From Octopus bimaculoides (lineage: Eukaryota): 64,000 nucleotides of DNA. Numbering within the stretch: the stretch's first letter is position 1; each line of letters begins with the position of its first letter. The notes under the pieces are model-generated. The model searched no databases, was not told the DNA's origin, and saw nothing but the letters and a program-made list of their open reading frames with translations. Position numbers and translations under genes: made by a program. Where the stretch lies: the NCBI RefSeq assembly GCF_001194135.2, contig NC_068987.1:4915564-4979563 (forward strand), given 5' to 3'. Of this stretch, positions 12,657-24,409 are shown piece after piece.

Positions 12657-13654
12657 GTCAGTTGAGACAAAGAATTTACATATCTTGTATCTGTTATATT
12701 TTTTCAGTCATTGGACTGTGGCCATGCTGCAGCACTGCCTTGAAGAATTTTAGTTGAACAAATTAACCCCAGTTCTCTCTTTTTTTTTTTTCAAGTACAG
12801 TACTTATTCTATTGGTTTCTCGCCAAACTGTTAAGTCATGGAGACAAACAAACCAACACTGGTTGTCTATTGGTAGAGTGACAGACACAAAGAAATACAC
12901 ACACATATGACAGGCTTCTTTCAGTTTCCATCTACCAAATTCAATCAGGGCTTTGATTGACCTGGGATCACAGTAGAAAACACTTGCCCAAAGTGCCATG
13001 CAATGAGACTGAACCTGGAACCATTTGGTTGAGAAGCAAATTTCTTACCACACAGCCTTCCTGAGACTAATTTTCCTGTTGTAGGTTTCCCTTTTTCTCT
13101 CTATTTTCTCACCTTTTAAAACAATCATTTACAACTGGGTGTAAGCAATTGGAACAGTATTAGATCAAAATAGCCAGCAGTGTATCATATTTAGAATATA
13201 TACACTGTTGACAGGCAAGATGCTGTAGATTTTCTCTGAGAGAAAATCTCTTCATAGACATACCGTGTTAAAAAAACAATATATATTGAACTGAATTGAA
13301 CATTTTCCCAGCAGTGACCTGTGAGAACGTTAGATATGTTTCAATTTTGCATTAATTTTGTCAATGAAGTGTATTTACAAATCACATGCCTAAACAAATT
13401 TTTTTTTCCCTGTGATATATACATTCACTGATTTTGGGGAAAGCCTGCTGGGCTGAATAAAAAATCTGTGATGGACGTTTTTTGCTAGTAACTATTACAG
13501 AAGAAGCCTTAATTTTGAGTTACTTCTAGCTTGGCGCTGATCTTCTTTTCCCCTTTTATTTTAAAATTAAAAACTAAAACTTTATTTTTTTTTTTTTTTT
13601 TTAGTTACCTTTAATTGTTTGATTTTCAAATTTTACTAATTTTCTTTTTTGCAG

Positions 13655-14233
13655 AATTTGAATCATGGAATGCAACCAAATATGATGAATGGCATGTTTA
13701 ATGCTCCTCCCTCTGTAGCCGATCACCAGGCGAGACGTTGTGATCTCAGCAATAGTGTTGCTGGGGTAGACCTTGTCAGCCCGGCAGGCCCAAGCTGGAG
13801 GCGTCCGTCATATGGCCATGAAGGTCTCTCCATGGCTGATGTACCAGACCTCAACCAGCCAGCCAGCTGGCGCCATGGAAACGCATCAGCATCCCCTCGC
13901 TGTCCGAGCTTCGATGAGGTCTTGAATGGGCCACAGCACTATGTTCCCGACCAACGGATGCAGCAACCTCTGCCCCAACCTCCACACCCTCCCGCACCTC
14001 TTCCGCAACAGGAACAACAGCAGCAGCATCACCAATCTTTGCCACCCCACCATCATCCACACCACCAGCGCGCACACCCACCATCACAACAACAACAGCA
14101 ACAGCAACAGCAGCAGCAGCCACCACCATCTGTAATTGAAGATCTCGGTGGTGCTACTGGTGGTTTGCCTGTTGTTCCGAAGCAGGAGAGGCGGCGTGAT
14201 CATTCTGATGGACAAAGAGACAGTTACTTATTG
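13655..14233 (+). CDS. CCDC91: CCDC91 exon 5, 193 aa Q/P/H-rich low-complexity exon
   Basis: long poly-T tract + gcag acceptor; open GC-rich frame; TTG|GTAATT donor gives 579 nt, phase 0/0. Confidence 0.8.
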
Positions 14234-14781
14234 GTAATTAACAGAAATTGCACAAAATCCATTGTGTGTGTGTGTGTGTTTGTGTGTAAGTATGTTAAAT
14301 TACCAATCATTTTGGTCCTTTAGGTTCAACATCCTGTCATTGATATTCTTTACTTCATCCTACATGTTCTGGATTCTGAAGTGTCCCTCATTCACAGTTT
14401 CCATCCGCACACATAATATGAATCCAGGCCGATGGCACGTAAAAACCGCCATTCGAGCTTGTTCGATGCCAGGCCCACCTGACTGGCTCCCATGCTGGTG
14501 GCACGTAAAAATCCCCCACTACACTCTCGGAGTGGTTGGCGTTAGGAAGGGCATCCAGCTGTAGAAACCTTGCCAAATCAGATTGGAGCCAAGTGTCTTG
14601 CTCAAGAACATAATATGCGGCTGGTCTGAGAATCAAAACCATGATCTCATGAATGGGAGTGCATCACCCTACCCACNNNNNNNNNNNNNNNNNNNNNNNN
14701 NNNNNNNNNNNNNNNNNNNNNNNNNNNNNNNNNNNNNNNNNNNNNNNNNNNNNNNNNNNNNATTTTCCTTTATTTTTGCAG

Positions 14782-14886
14782 AAACAATTGGATGAACTAC
14801 GCAGCAGAAATATAGAGCTTACCTCAAGGGTGGACAGCTTGCAAGTTCAGCTTTCTGAGCAGAAATCCAAATATGAGTCTTTACAA
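14782..14886 (+). CDS. CCDC91: CCDC91 exon 6 (KQLDELRSRNIEL...YESLQ), coiled coil
   Basis: tttttgcag acceptor, CAA|GTAAGT donor, 105 nt phase 0/0. Confidence 0.9.
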
Positions 14887-14894
14887 GTAAGTAT

Positions 14895-15290
14895 CACTAT
14901 TCCTAAGAGAGCTGTGGAATGCAATTCTTCAGAAAAATATTGGAGATAGCATGGACAGACAAAGTATCTAGTGAAGAAGTGGTGATCCAGGCTGTGGTAA
15001 ATAGGAAACTGTTTTGTGAGATAAAGGGCCAAGCAACTGAGATTTCTTGGTCATGTGATGAGGAAAGAGGGCCTGACTGAAAAGACTGGAAGGAAAAGAA
15101 GCAGAGAAAGCAGAAGGATGTTTTGGATATTGAGCTTGAGGAATTGGTTGGAAGAAAAAGGCATTAAACATCAGGAAGTGGAATTGTTATAGAAAACAAA
15201 GAACAGAGAATTGTAGTAGGACGTGATTACCTCTGTCCTACATTCTAGACGTGGTACCTAAAGAAAGGAAGAATCACTATTTTACATTGA
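14895..15290 (+). mobile_element. RTE-clade LINE 3' remnant
   Basis: translates across lesions as ILEIAWTDKVSSEEV...KQLRFLGHVMRKEG, a typical RTE C-terminal motif. Confidence 0.75.
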
Positions 15291-15768
15291 GTCTAGTTCC
15301 AAGTTGAAGTCATCAGTGCAATGAGAAGACTTTGGTGTTGGAATTACTTTGGTGTGTGTTCTTGAGTCATACCTTCCCACTCTGTCCGATCCTCTGGACC
15401 ATTTCTCTTAAATTTACCTTTCAGTAACTTGGGGGTATGCCCTGACATATCTTCATCACCATCTTTCCACTTTTCCAACTGGGGTAGCCATGTATCTTCT
15501 CTACAGCAAGATGCCTGTTCCTGACCCCTCTATCATACTTTAACCTGATAAGACAAGAGGTAGACAATAAAGATAAGCGGAGAATAGTGTTGTGGGGTTC
15601 CACAAAATGTATCTCTACTTTAGCAGGGAAAACAGCTTTACAACACTTGTTGTGCAGCTTAATTAATGATAGTATGGTCTCTCAGCCTGTTAGAAACAGC
15701 ACCTATATTGCCCTTCAGTTACAATCCCAACATCTGGTTAAATCTGATTATTGCTATTTCAATTTCAG

Positions 15769-15846
15769 GCGAAACATGCATCTGATTTAGAAGCCATTCG
15801 ACAAGCTGGGCATGATGCTTTGGCTGTAGTTGTTGAAGAATATAAG
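15769..15846 (+). CDS. CCDC91: CCDC91 exon 7 (AKHASDLEAIRQAGHDALAVVVEEYK)
   Basis: canonical splice sites; closely resembles human CCDC91 EKHKQELEDMRKAGHEALSIIVDEYK (from memory). Confidence 0.95.
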
Positions 15847-16052
15847 GTCAGTTCCTTTCATTTACCTCTTTCAGGGCTTCCTCTTTTTTTTTTGGTGGTG
15901 GGGGGTCCATATACCATTATGTATACTAGCAGAAAAAAAACCAGATGTAAAAATTAATCAAATATGTATAGCACAAATGAAGTTGTTATTGAAATTATAT
16001 TTTTGTATTTTTAAACAATCGTTTATGTTGGTATTTTTGTTTGTTCTTGAAG

Positions 16053-16160
16053 AGTCTCTGTCGCACAGCTGTGTTGCAGCAACAAGAAGTAGCCGAATCA
16101 CACTTGAAAGAGAAGTTAAAAAGTGAAGCTGATCAATACACTCAAATGTTGCAGGAACAG
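16053..16160 (+). CDS. CCDC91: CCDC91 exon 8 (SLCRTAVLQQQEV...MLQEQ)
   Basis: ttgaag acceptor, CAG|GTGAGT donor, 108 nt phase 0/0. Confidence 0.9.
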
Positions 16161-17241
16161 GTGAGTTCTGTCTACCGATGCACATTGCTCTACAACACCA
16201 ACTATCAATAAATAAATGGGGGTGGGGGAGTAATTGATGGAGCAGTAAAATGAAATGTTTTAGTCGTAAATTAAACTTTTATCTAAAAACTGGGATTTTT
16301 TTTTTCACGCTGAATGGAGTTGTAGTACAGCTCTACCTTCCATCAAAATTAAACGCTTTAATCTTACCAGTGAGAAAAATATGTTTATATTTTGGTGTTA
16401 GGGAGGGCATCCAACCATAGAAACCATGCCTCAACAGACAGCTGGAGTCTGAACAGCTCCCTGTTAGCCAGCTCCATATCAAACTGTCCAACCCATGCCA
16501 GCATGGAAAGCAGACGGTAAGCGATGGTGATGTATGTGTATGAGAGAGAGAGAACGCAGTTATAGGAATATGTAATCATGTCTTTATGAATATGCAAATA
16601 CTTGTAAAGGCTTATGTAAATATGATTTATCATATAAATAGAAAAATATATATTTATTTTATATAAATAAATATAAAGGACTTATGGTGGATTTGATAGA
16701 CAGAAAGAAGCTGATTGTGTGACTGTGTCTGTGTTTACCGTTGTCTAGACATTATGTGATGGTGTACATGAGCATCACTGTTATTCAAGCGAGAGTATTT
16801 CCACTTTTACCTGGAAAAAATGTTTAGCTTTGAAAATATTATGTTTGGAAACAGGTGAGGGTTGGCAAAAGGAAAGGGCATCCAACTGTAGAAAATCTGC
16901 CTCAACAAATTCCATCTGACCCATGCAAGCATGGCAAGGTAGACATTAAATAATGGCGGTGATAGACAGTGTGCTACTGTGCAGATCCTATCTGCCAAAT
17001 TTCACTTAAAAAGCATTGTTCAACATGAGACTACGGTAAAAGACATTTGACAAAGGTGCCATAAGCCTTTGCTCGTAATTTATTCAGTTAAAAATCCAGG
17101 ATGATGTGATTGTGAACTCACGTTGTAAACCTCACAGCAATGTCTGCACTTGAAGAGTTTAGGATTTCTCTTTGTAGTTGCAGAACAATTTTACATTTGA
17201 ACTAAGTGACATAACGAGCAAATGATTTCCATGTCTTCCAG

Positions 17242-17334
17242 CATGAACAGCTGTTTGATGTTCTCAAGAAAGAAAAAGAAGAAAATGAACACAGAATTAA
17301 AACTGCCCTCGAAGACCAGAAATCTGTGCAGCGG
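17242..17334 (+). CDS. CCDC91: CCDC91 exon 9 (HEQLFDVLKKEKEE...SVQR)
   Basis: tcttccag acceptor, CGG|GTAAGT donor, 93 nt; resembles human HQRLLEMLDTEKE. Confidence 0.92.
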
Positions 17335-17664
17335 GTAAGTTTTGAGGGGAGAGGGAGTTACTTAAGTTTCCCCAAATGGAAAGATTATGGTTTTGATCCT
17401 AGCTGTCATCACCAACATTGCCACATCATCATCATTTAACACACCCGCTTTTCTATGCTTGCATGAAGCAAATGGGATTTGTTGAGACAATTTTTTTTTC
17501 TTCTGCTGGATGCTCTTCCTGTTGCCAACCCTTGCCCTTTTCCAAGTAAGGTAATATTTCCCTACGGCTAGACATGTTCTCACAGAATATTTGAAATGAA
17601 GGACACTGTTTGTATGACAATAACACTTGCTCACAACAATCTTGCAATGTCAAGACAAGAAAGC

Positions 17665-17699
<35 letters not shown>

Positions 17700-17998
17700 A
17701 TGGGCTTCTTTCAGTTTCCATTTACCAAAGCCACTCAAAAAGCTTTGGTCAGACCAGCCCTATAGCAGAGGACACTTACCCAAAGTGCCACACCACCACC
17801 CCATTATCTGTTAGTCCTGCTATCTTTGTCATAACCATAATCATTGTTGACAGCTCCATCATCACTATGATCAATATTCTGGGCCTGAATTATGTTGGCA
17901 CTTTCACTTTCCTTTTGTAACGCCCCGCCCCCCCTTTCTGTCCTTCTGTCATTCCATTCGTCCTCTACTGACAAAGTTTTATTTCTTTTTTTGTCCAG

Positions 17999-18067
17999 GA
18001 TGAATTTGAAAAGTATTTCCACCAAGAACAAAACCGTTATCAGGAATCTTTACAGAAAGTCATGTCT
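17999..18067 (+). CDS. CCDC91: CCDC91 exon 10 (DEFEKYFHQEQNRYQESLQKVMS)
   Basis: ttttgtccag acceptor, TCT|GTAAGT donor, 69 nt phase 0/0. Confidence 0.9.
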
Positions 18068-18114
18068 GTAAGTCTAATTATCACATGTTCCTTTTACTGA
18101 AAATCTTTCAGTTT

Positions 18115-18561
18115 TACAGTTCTATATTTAAGAGATGAGGAATTATGTACATTATTTACATTTGACGGATATTTGTCCTCATCTTATTTGTTGTTAACAC
18201 AACTTTTCGGTTGATATACCCTCCAGCCTTCATTGGGTGTCTTGGGGGAAATTTCGAACCTGGGTTCTCATTCCTATGGTATTTTTCGATATCATTATTA
18301 TTATTATTCAGGTCACTGCCTGGAATTGGACTCAGAATCTTTGGGGTTAGTAGCCCACGCTCTTAACCACTACTCTATATGCCTGTGGGTGATTCCAATT
18401 TTGATTCCAGGCAGTGACCTGAATAATAATAATAATAATAACATTGAAAAATACCTTAGGAATGAGAACCCAGGTTTGAAATTTCCCCAAGACACCTGAT
18501 GAAGGCTGGAGGGTATATCAGCCGAAACGTTGTGGACAAATATCTGTCAAATGTAAATAAT
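18115..18561. mobile_element. tRNA-headed, hammerhead-bearing element, inverted pair, copy A
   Basis: - strand arm 18115-18389 with tRNA-like head; + strand arm 18402-18561 with CTGATGA...GAAAC core at 18496-18528. Confidence 0.85.
18491..18534 (+). ncRNA. Minimal type I hammerhead ribozyme motif
   Basis: GACAC-CUGAUGA-A-GGCUG(GAGGGUAUAU)CAGCC-GAAAC-GUU-GUG: intact core, 5 bp helix II, palindromic AACGUU helix III, GUU cleavage triplet. Confidence 0.7.
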
Positions 18562-18982
18562 CTTTCAATTGTTTCTACCTTTCTTATTATTGGACTAACA
18601 ACTCTTCATTTTGCTGTTATTTGTCTTTCAAATATGCTAGGTCATTGTAATAAGCAAAAACTGTTTAAGTAAGGGTCTGTATAATTTTGTACAAAAACAT
18701 ATCTGCTACAAACGTGCAATGTCTACAAACCACTGCAAGAAAATATAAACCAAACATTACTTTTGCTGTTTATCCACAGATCGGCTTTCATCAGTCAAAC
18801 CATAATCAATGTCAGGTGTTGGTTATAGATTAAAATTACAACTCACTACACAAATTTTATCTTATTTTCTTTAGTTTTGCTAATTTTTGAAAATTTATTT
18901 ATTTATTTTAATGCTTTACACTTTGTGAAAAAAAAACCCCCAAAAACAATATGCTTTGTTTTTTTTTGTTTTTTTGTGATAG

Positions 18983-19069
18983 GAAGAACAAACTCTGCAT
19001 CAAAGAGCTCTTGATGAAGCACTTCATCAACAACAGCTGGAATCCCAGAAGAAATTTAAAGAAGAAATG
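18983..19069 (+). CDS. CCDC91: CCDC91 exon 11 (EEQTLHQRALDEAL...KEEM)
   Basis: poly-T gatag acceptor, ATG|GTAAGT donor, 87 nt. Confidence 0.9.
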
Positions 19070-19242
19070 GTAAGTTTTATATATTTTTTTGAAGTCTGAA
19101 TTACATTTCTTGCAATGGAAGCTGAACGGGTAAAATCACAAGTGACGTAAAATTTGGTTTTTTATGCTCTTATTGCTTCTTGACTTCCATTATGATGACT
19201 ATATTGTTTCCTTTTCTCTCCCTTTTTTTTTTGTTTTTCTAG

Positions 19243-19332
19243 ACTATGATGAAATATGAAATGAAAAGTATGCAAAACAAATATTTAGAAGAAAGGGAAA
19301 AAGCCTTACAAGAAGAAAAAGAATCCAGAGAG
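19243..19332 (+). CDS. CCDC91: CCDC91 exon 12 (TMMKYEMKSMQ...EEKESRE)
   Basis: poly-Y ttctag acceptor, GAG|GTGATT donor, 90 nt. Confidence 0.88.
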
Positions 19333-19851
19333 GTGATTAATTTTTGATGTAGCAAGGCTCAGTTCCTTGAAAGAAAACATTTTAGTGAGGTGCCCATAAC
19401 AGTCTGGTGTAAAGTAGGGGTCAGATTGAGTATATATACTGTGATACATAAATTACAGACAGTTAGGGGTTCGTTTGTCTTAAGGTAAGGTCTAAAGATT
19501 GAATGGAAGTAATGAATGGAGAGCTTTCGGAAGATTAAGTACAAATTCGATAAACATTCTGTTACCTCTACAGATCATCATTAAGATAAGCCACAGGAAC
19601 AATTTCTGTGTAAGAGTTTTCCCATTTTTGATCTCAGAGCTGCTGAAAGTATCACTTTTTCAATAACCATATTTCCAGTGTTTCTAATTCTAATGATAAA
19701 TAAATGGGCTGATATAGTTGCATTAATTGCTAATTAGTTAACTATTAACATCATCTCTTTCTTAATGAACAGAATGAAGCTTTTTGCTGACTCTATAAGA
19801 CTTACCATAGTTTATAAATCTAGCAAATAGTGTGTGTGTGTGTGTGTGTGA

Positions 19852-19885
<34 letters not shown>

Positions 19886-20214
19886 NNNNNNNNNNNNNNN
19901 NNNNNNNNNNNNNNNNNNNNNNNNNNNNNNNNNNNNNNNNNNNNNNNNNNNNNNNNNNNNNNNNNNNNNNNNNNNNNNNNNNNNNNNNNNNNNNNNNNNN
20001 NNNNNNNNNNNNNNNNNNNNNNNNNNNNNNNNNNNNNNNNNNNNNNNNNNNNNNNNNNNNNNNNNNNNNNNNNNNNNNNNNNNNNNNNNNNNNNNNNNNN
20101 NNNNNNNNNNNNNNNNNNNNNNNNNNNNNNNNNNNNNNNNNNNNNNNNNNNNNNNNNNNNNNNNNNNNNNNNNNNNNNNNNNNNNNNNNNNNNNNNNNNN
20201 NNNNNNNNNNNNNN

Positions 20215-20370
20215 TAGTAAAGCTGCAAAGACATCACTCAGAGTTTCATGTTCCTGTTTGTCAGACAGTTAAGGTCTAGAATGGATCCATTTTGGATCAC
20301 AACTGCCCAATGAACAGAAACATGAAGTTCTGAGTAGCAGTTTTTTGTGATACTTTTGCAGCTTTAATAA
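20215..20370. repeat. Imperfect foldback in CCDC91 intron 12
   Basis: taaagctgcaaagacatcactcagagtttcatgttcctgtt...aacagaaacatgaagttctgag...gatacttttgcagcttta. Confidence 0.75.
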
Positions 20371-21186
20371 TAAAGTACACACACAAAGAAAAATTGCATC
20401 TTATATATCATCAAATACAATATTCGTAAATCTGTAATACGAGCAGGTATGTATCAACACTTGAGGGGGGGGGGTGCTGAATATTTAATTAGTCATGCTG
20501 GGTTTAGATCCACTGAGTTGTTTGATCTAGAAATGGCAGCCAAACCTCACTCAAATTGCACTACCATGTTGAAGAAAGCAATCCTAGATGAACTAGAAAA
20601 AAGACCAGGTGGTCATAGCTAGAATGCCTTTTAGTATAGGTCTACTCAGTGAGGAGTGACCTGGGGTTAAATAACATGAAATTAATGAAATAAAATAAAG
20701 AGTAAAAGGAACTAGCAAAACTAAAAAAGAATCTATCAGTTATGATTAAGCTAAATTTGGAGTGTTTCCAAAGATATAAGATCTTTTATGCTGTAGATAA
20801 AACGTATGGTGTTACTCTCAGCAGCTCTTTGGTTTTGTGTGTACAGACTTCCTGTAAGACTTAAAGTTCAAGTTTTTAAATATCTGTAAGATTGGTTTCG
20901 AATTTTGACACAAGGGCAGCAAATCTGAGGCTGGGGGGTAAGCGAATTACATCGACCCCAGTATGCATCTAGTACTTATTTTATTGACCCCAAAAAGATG
21001 AAAGGTAGTCGACTTTGGTGGAATTTGAACTCCAAGCATAAAGACAGAGAAAAATGCCAGTAATCATTCTGCCAGCTCACTGCCTTAAATATTGGTACCA
21101 TTAAGATTTTATTCAAGGTAGCAAAACTGGCAGAGCCGTTGGCATGCAAGGCAAAATGCTTAGTGCCGTTTCATCTGTATTTATGT

Positions 21187-21632
21187 TTACATTATTTACA
21201 TTTGACGGATATTTGTCCTCATCTTGTTTGTTGTTAACACATTTCAGCTGATATACCCTCCAGCCTTCATCAGGTGTCTTGGGGAAATTTCAAACCTGGG
21301 TTCTCATTCCTAAGGTATTTTTCAATGTTATTATTATTGTTATTCAGGTCACTGTCTGGAATCAAACTTACGGGCATATGGCATAGGGTTAAGGGCGCAG
21401 GCTACTAACCCCAAGATTATGAGTTCGATTCCAGGCAGTGACCTGAATAATAATAATAACATCGGAAAATACCTTAGGAATGAGAACCCAGGTTCGAAAT
21501 TTCCCCAAGACACCTGATGAAGGCTGGAGAGTATATCAAACGAAATGTGTTAACAACAAACAAGATGAGGACAAATATCCGTCAAATGTAAATAATGTAC
21601 ATAATTTCTCATCTCTCAAATATAGAACTGTA
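21187..21632. mobile_element. tRNA-headed, hammerhead-bearing element, inverted pair, copy B (nested in a family-1 SINE)
   Basis: - arm 21187-21368; + arm 21372-21632 with A box and B box (GAGTTCGATTCC 21421-21432); CTGATGA at 21514-21520 (+) and 21273-21267 (-). Confidence 0.85.
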
Positions 21633-22743
21633 TTGTCTTCTGCCAAAGTTGACTTTGCTTTTCATCCTTTCNNNNNNNNNNNNNNNNNNNNNNNNNNNNN
21701 NNNNNNNNNNNNNNNNNNNNNNNNNNNNNNNNNNNNNNNNNNNNNNNNNNNNNNNNNNNNNNNNNNNNNNNNNNNNNNNNNNNNNNNNNNNNNNNNNNNN
21801 NNNNNNNNNNNNNNNNNNNNNNNNNNNNNNNNNNNNNNNNNNNNNNNNNNNNNNNNNNNNNNNNNNNNNNNNNNNNNNNNNNNNNNNNNNNNNNNNNNNN
21901 NNNNNNNNNNNNNNNNNNNNNNNNNNNNNNNNNNNNNNNNNNNNNNNNNNNNNNNTATCCAAATGGGCTGTTGTTGCTACTATAAAAAAAAAAAAAGAGA
22001 GAAAAAGTTGTGGAGTATCTTCTTGGCTCAATTCTGAATATTTTATTTAATTCCTTATATTGTAAGAATTCCATTCCTTCTTCGGATCACATTAAGCCCT
22101 AATGTGATTTTATCATTGAGTTGAAACGTTTTTTTAGGTTCTTTCGTGGGTTGGGGGTGGCTTATCATAACATCACTCTCATCATCATCATCATTATTTA
22201 TTTATTTATTTATTTATTTATATTTAAATTATAAATATGGCAGGTGTTGTATAATTTGTGGTAATAAATTCGCAAATTACCCAGTTTTGATAAAAACAAG
22301 TCGGAGACTTGTATTGCTAATGTGTGGACTTCACAAACTTCCACATTCCATTCTTCCATAAACCTGAGGCTTGATTCCAATGTAGGAATATTATTATTAT
22401 CATTATTATTATTATTATTATTATTATTGTCAATGTAATCAGTTCCCCCCTCCTCTCCAAAAACTGCTCCCCCCCATACCAAAATTTGAAACCATTATTA
22501 TTATTATTATTATTATTATGAAGGCGATGGAGCTGGCAGAATCATTAACATGCTGGACAAAAGGCTTAGTGGCGTTTCTTCCGCACCAATATGTCCTGAG
22601 TTTAGAGTCCACCATGGTCAGCTTTACCCTCCATCCTCCTGAGTTCAATAAAATAAGTACCAATTGAACACTAGGCTTCATGTACTCAACTTATCCCCTC
22701 CCCTAAAAATTTCTGGCCTTGTGCCTATTGTAGAAAGAATTGC

Positions 22744-22787
22744 CATTATTATTATTATTATTATCATTATTATTATTATTATTATTA

Positions 22788-22820
<33 letters not shown>
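22744..22820. repeat. (TTA)n microsatellite tail; representative of many (TA)n, (CA)n, (TACA)n, (GAT)n and (GA)n tracts, most N-gaps being flanked by (TA)n
   Basis: direct inspection. Confidence 0.95.
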
Positions 22821-22821
<1 letters not shown>

Positions 22822-23024
22822 GGTGGTGAGCAGGCAGAAGTGTTAACTCTTCAGACAAAATGCATAGCAGTGTTTTGTCTGTCTTTACATTCTGAGTTCA
22901 AATTCTGCCAAGGTTGACGTTGCCTTTCATCGTTTCTGGGTCAATAAAATAAACCCCATTTCAGTACTGGAGTCGTTCTAATTGACTTCCCCAAAATTGC
23001 TGGCCTTGTGCCAAAACCTGAAAC

Positions 23025-23055
<31 letters not shown>

Positions 23056-24030
23056 GACTGCTTAGGCAAAGGAGTTGGTGCAAACAGTAATACCAATCTA
23101 AATGCTTTCAGGTTTAACATGTCATTGCTGCATTCAAGACACTTTTGCACTGATGCATTTGTTCATCCTTTAAGTAACTCTCTGTATCACCACCACCACC
23201 ACCACAGTCAATTCAGTCTGCTTTCTTACCCCCACCCATACATGTACAGACAGACATTACCAATCCATTACAGAAAAAAAATCCTCTTTTTATATTCCTA
23301 GCAAAAAGAAATTTTAGTTGTTGTGAGAATTAGGATCAGAACAGGTTGCGCTGTGTGACCTTAAAAAAAAAATTTCAGTTTTAGGTCACTTAAAGCTTTT
23401 CTTCCAAAAATAAAAAACAAAAAAAAAATTAGTTAATTTCAGTCATTTTAATCTTTAGTATGCTTAGGTGCACCATGTCACTACACGAGTTTTCTCTGTA
23501 GCTGTAGGCACATTGTGTTGCATTGAGAAGGAAGAAAACTCATATGGCAACATGATGTGCTGACTACCATGCTAAAGCTTGTAATAAATATTCTAGTACA
23601 AGAGACAAGACATATCTTTTACCACTTTGGTCAGAAGACAAGGCAATATCTGTGACCCTTCACAAGTTATTGAACACTGACAGGTGGATATTAAGAAGCC
23701 CTCAAACCAGAAACCTGATCCAAATTCATGCAAAAGATTAAACTTTGCTAGAGGTAACCAAAGGGCCAGGTGGTGATTATTGCTCTAGGCCACATGTTTA
23801 ATCCACCCCCTAATTTTATATCACTGACCTTGGCCTTCTTTGGATATCTTTAGCAGAATTTCATCTGTTGCTAGCATTTTGGGGCCAGTTTGCATACTAG
23901 AAGTTATAACTTCCACCCATCAGTTGCAGAAGTCATGGACGTAACCTTTTCATTGTCTGATTAAATCATGAATAGAAAATTAATTTTTGTAGATTTAATT
24001 CATAAGAATTTAGAAACTTCCAGAGGCATG

Positions 24031-24409
24031 AAATAATTTGTTTTTAGTGGTGGAACTTGAAGTAGATAACGCTATAAATATTAATGTGTAAACATTGGGT
24101 TTTAAAAATCCTGTTCATAGAAAAAGTTGAAGGCTGTGTTCAAGAGTCAAACCCATGTCTTTTGTAAATATGACAGTCATTCTACCAGTGTAGCTGGCTA
24201 GAACAAAGCTTCTGAAATGGACAGAGAATTTCAGAGGATTGCTTTGGTCCAATGGTAAAACATGTCATGTTTATAGAAAATGTAGGGTCAAGTCCCACTG
24301 GCAACTTTTGACTTTTCCCATCCAAAAGGGTTTTTTAGCCTAATGTTAACATGCTATATTATTTATAGCTCTATCTACTTCAGGTTCCACCATTAAAAAC
24401 AAATTATTT
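24031..24409. repeat. About 380 bp degenerate palindrome with two outward-facing tRNA-like cassettes
   Basis: outer arms aaataatttgtttttagtggtggaacttgaagtagata / tatctacttcaggttccaccattaaaaacaaattattt; central ctgaaat...atttcag. Confidence 0.75.
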
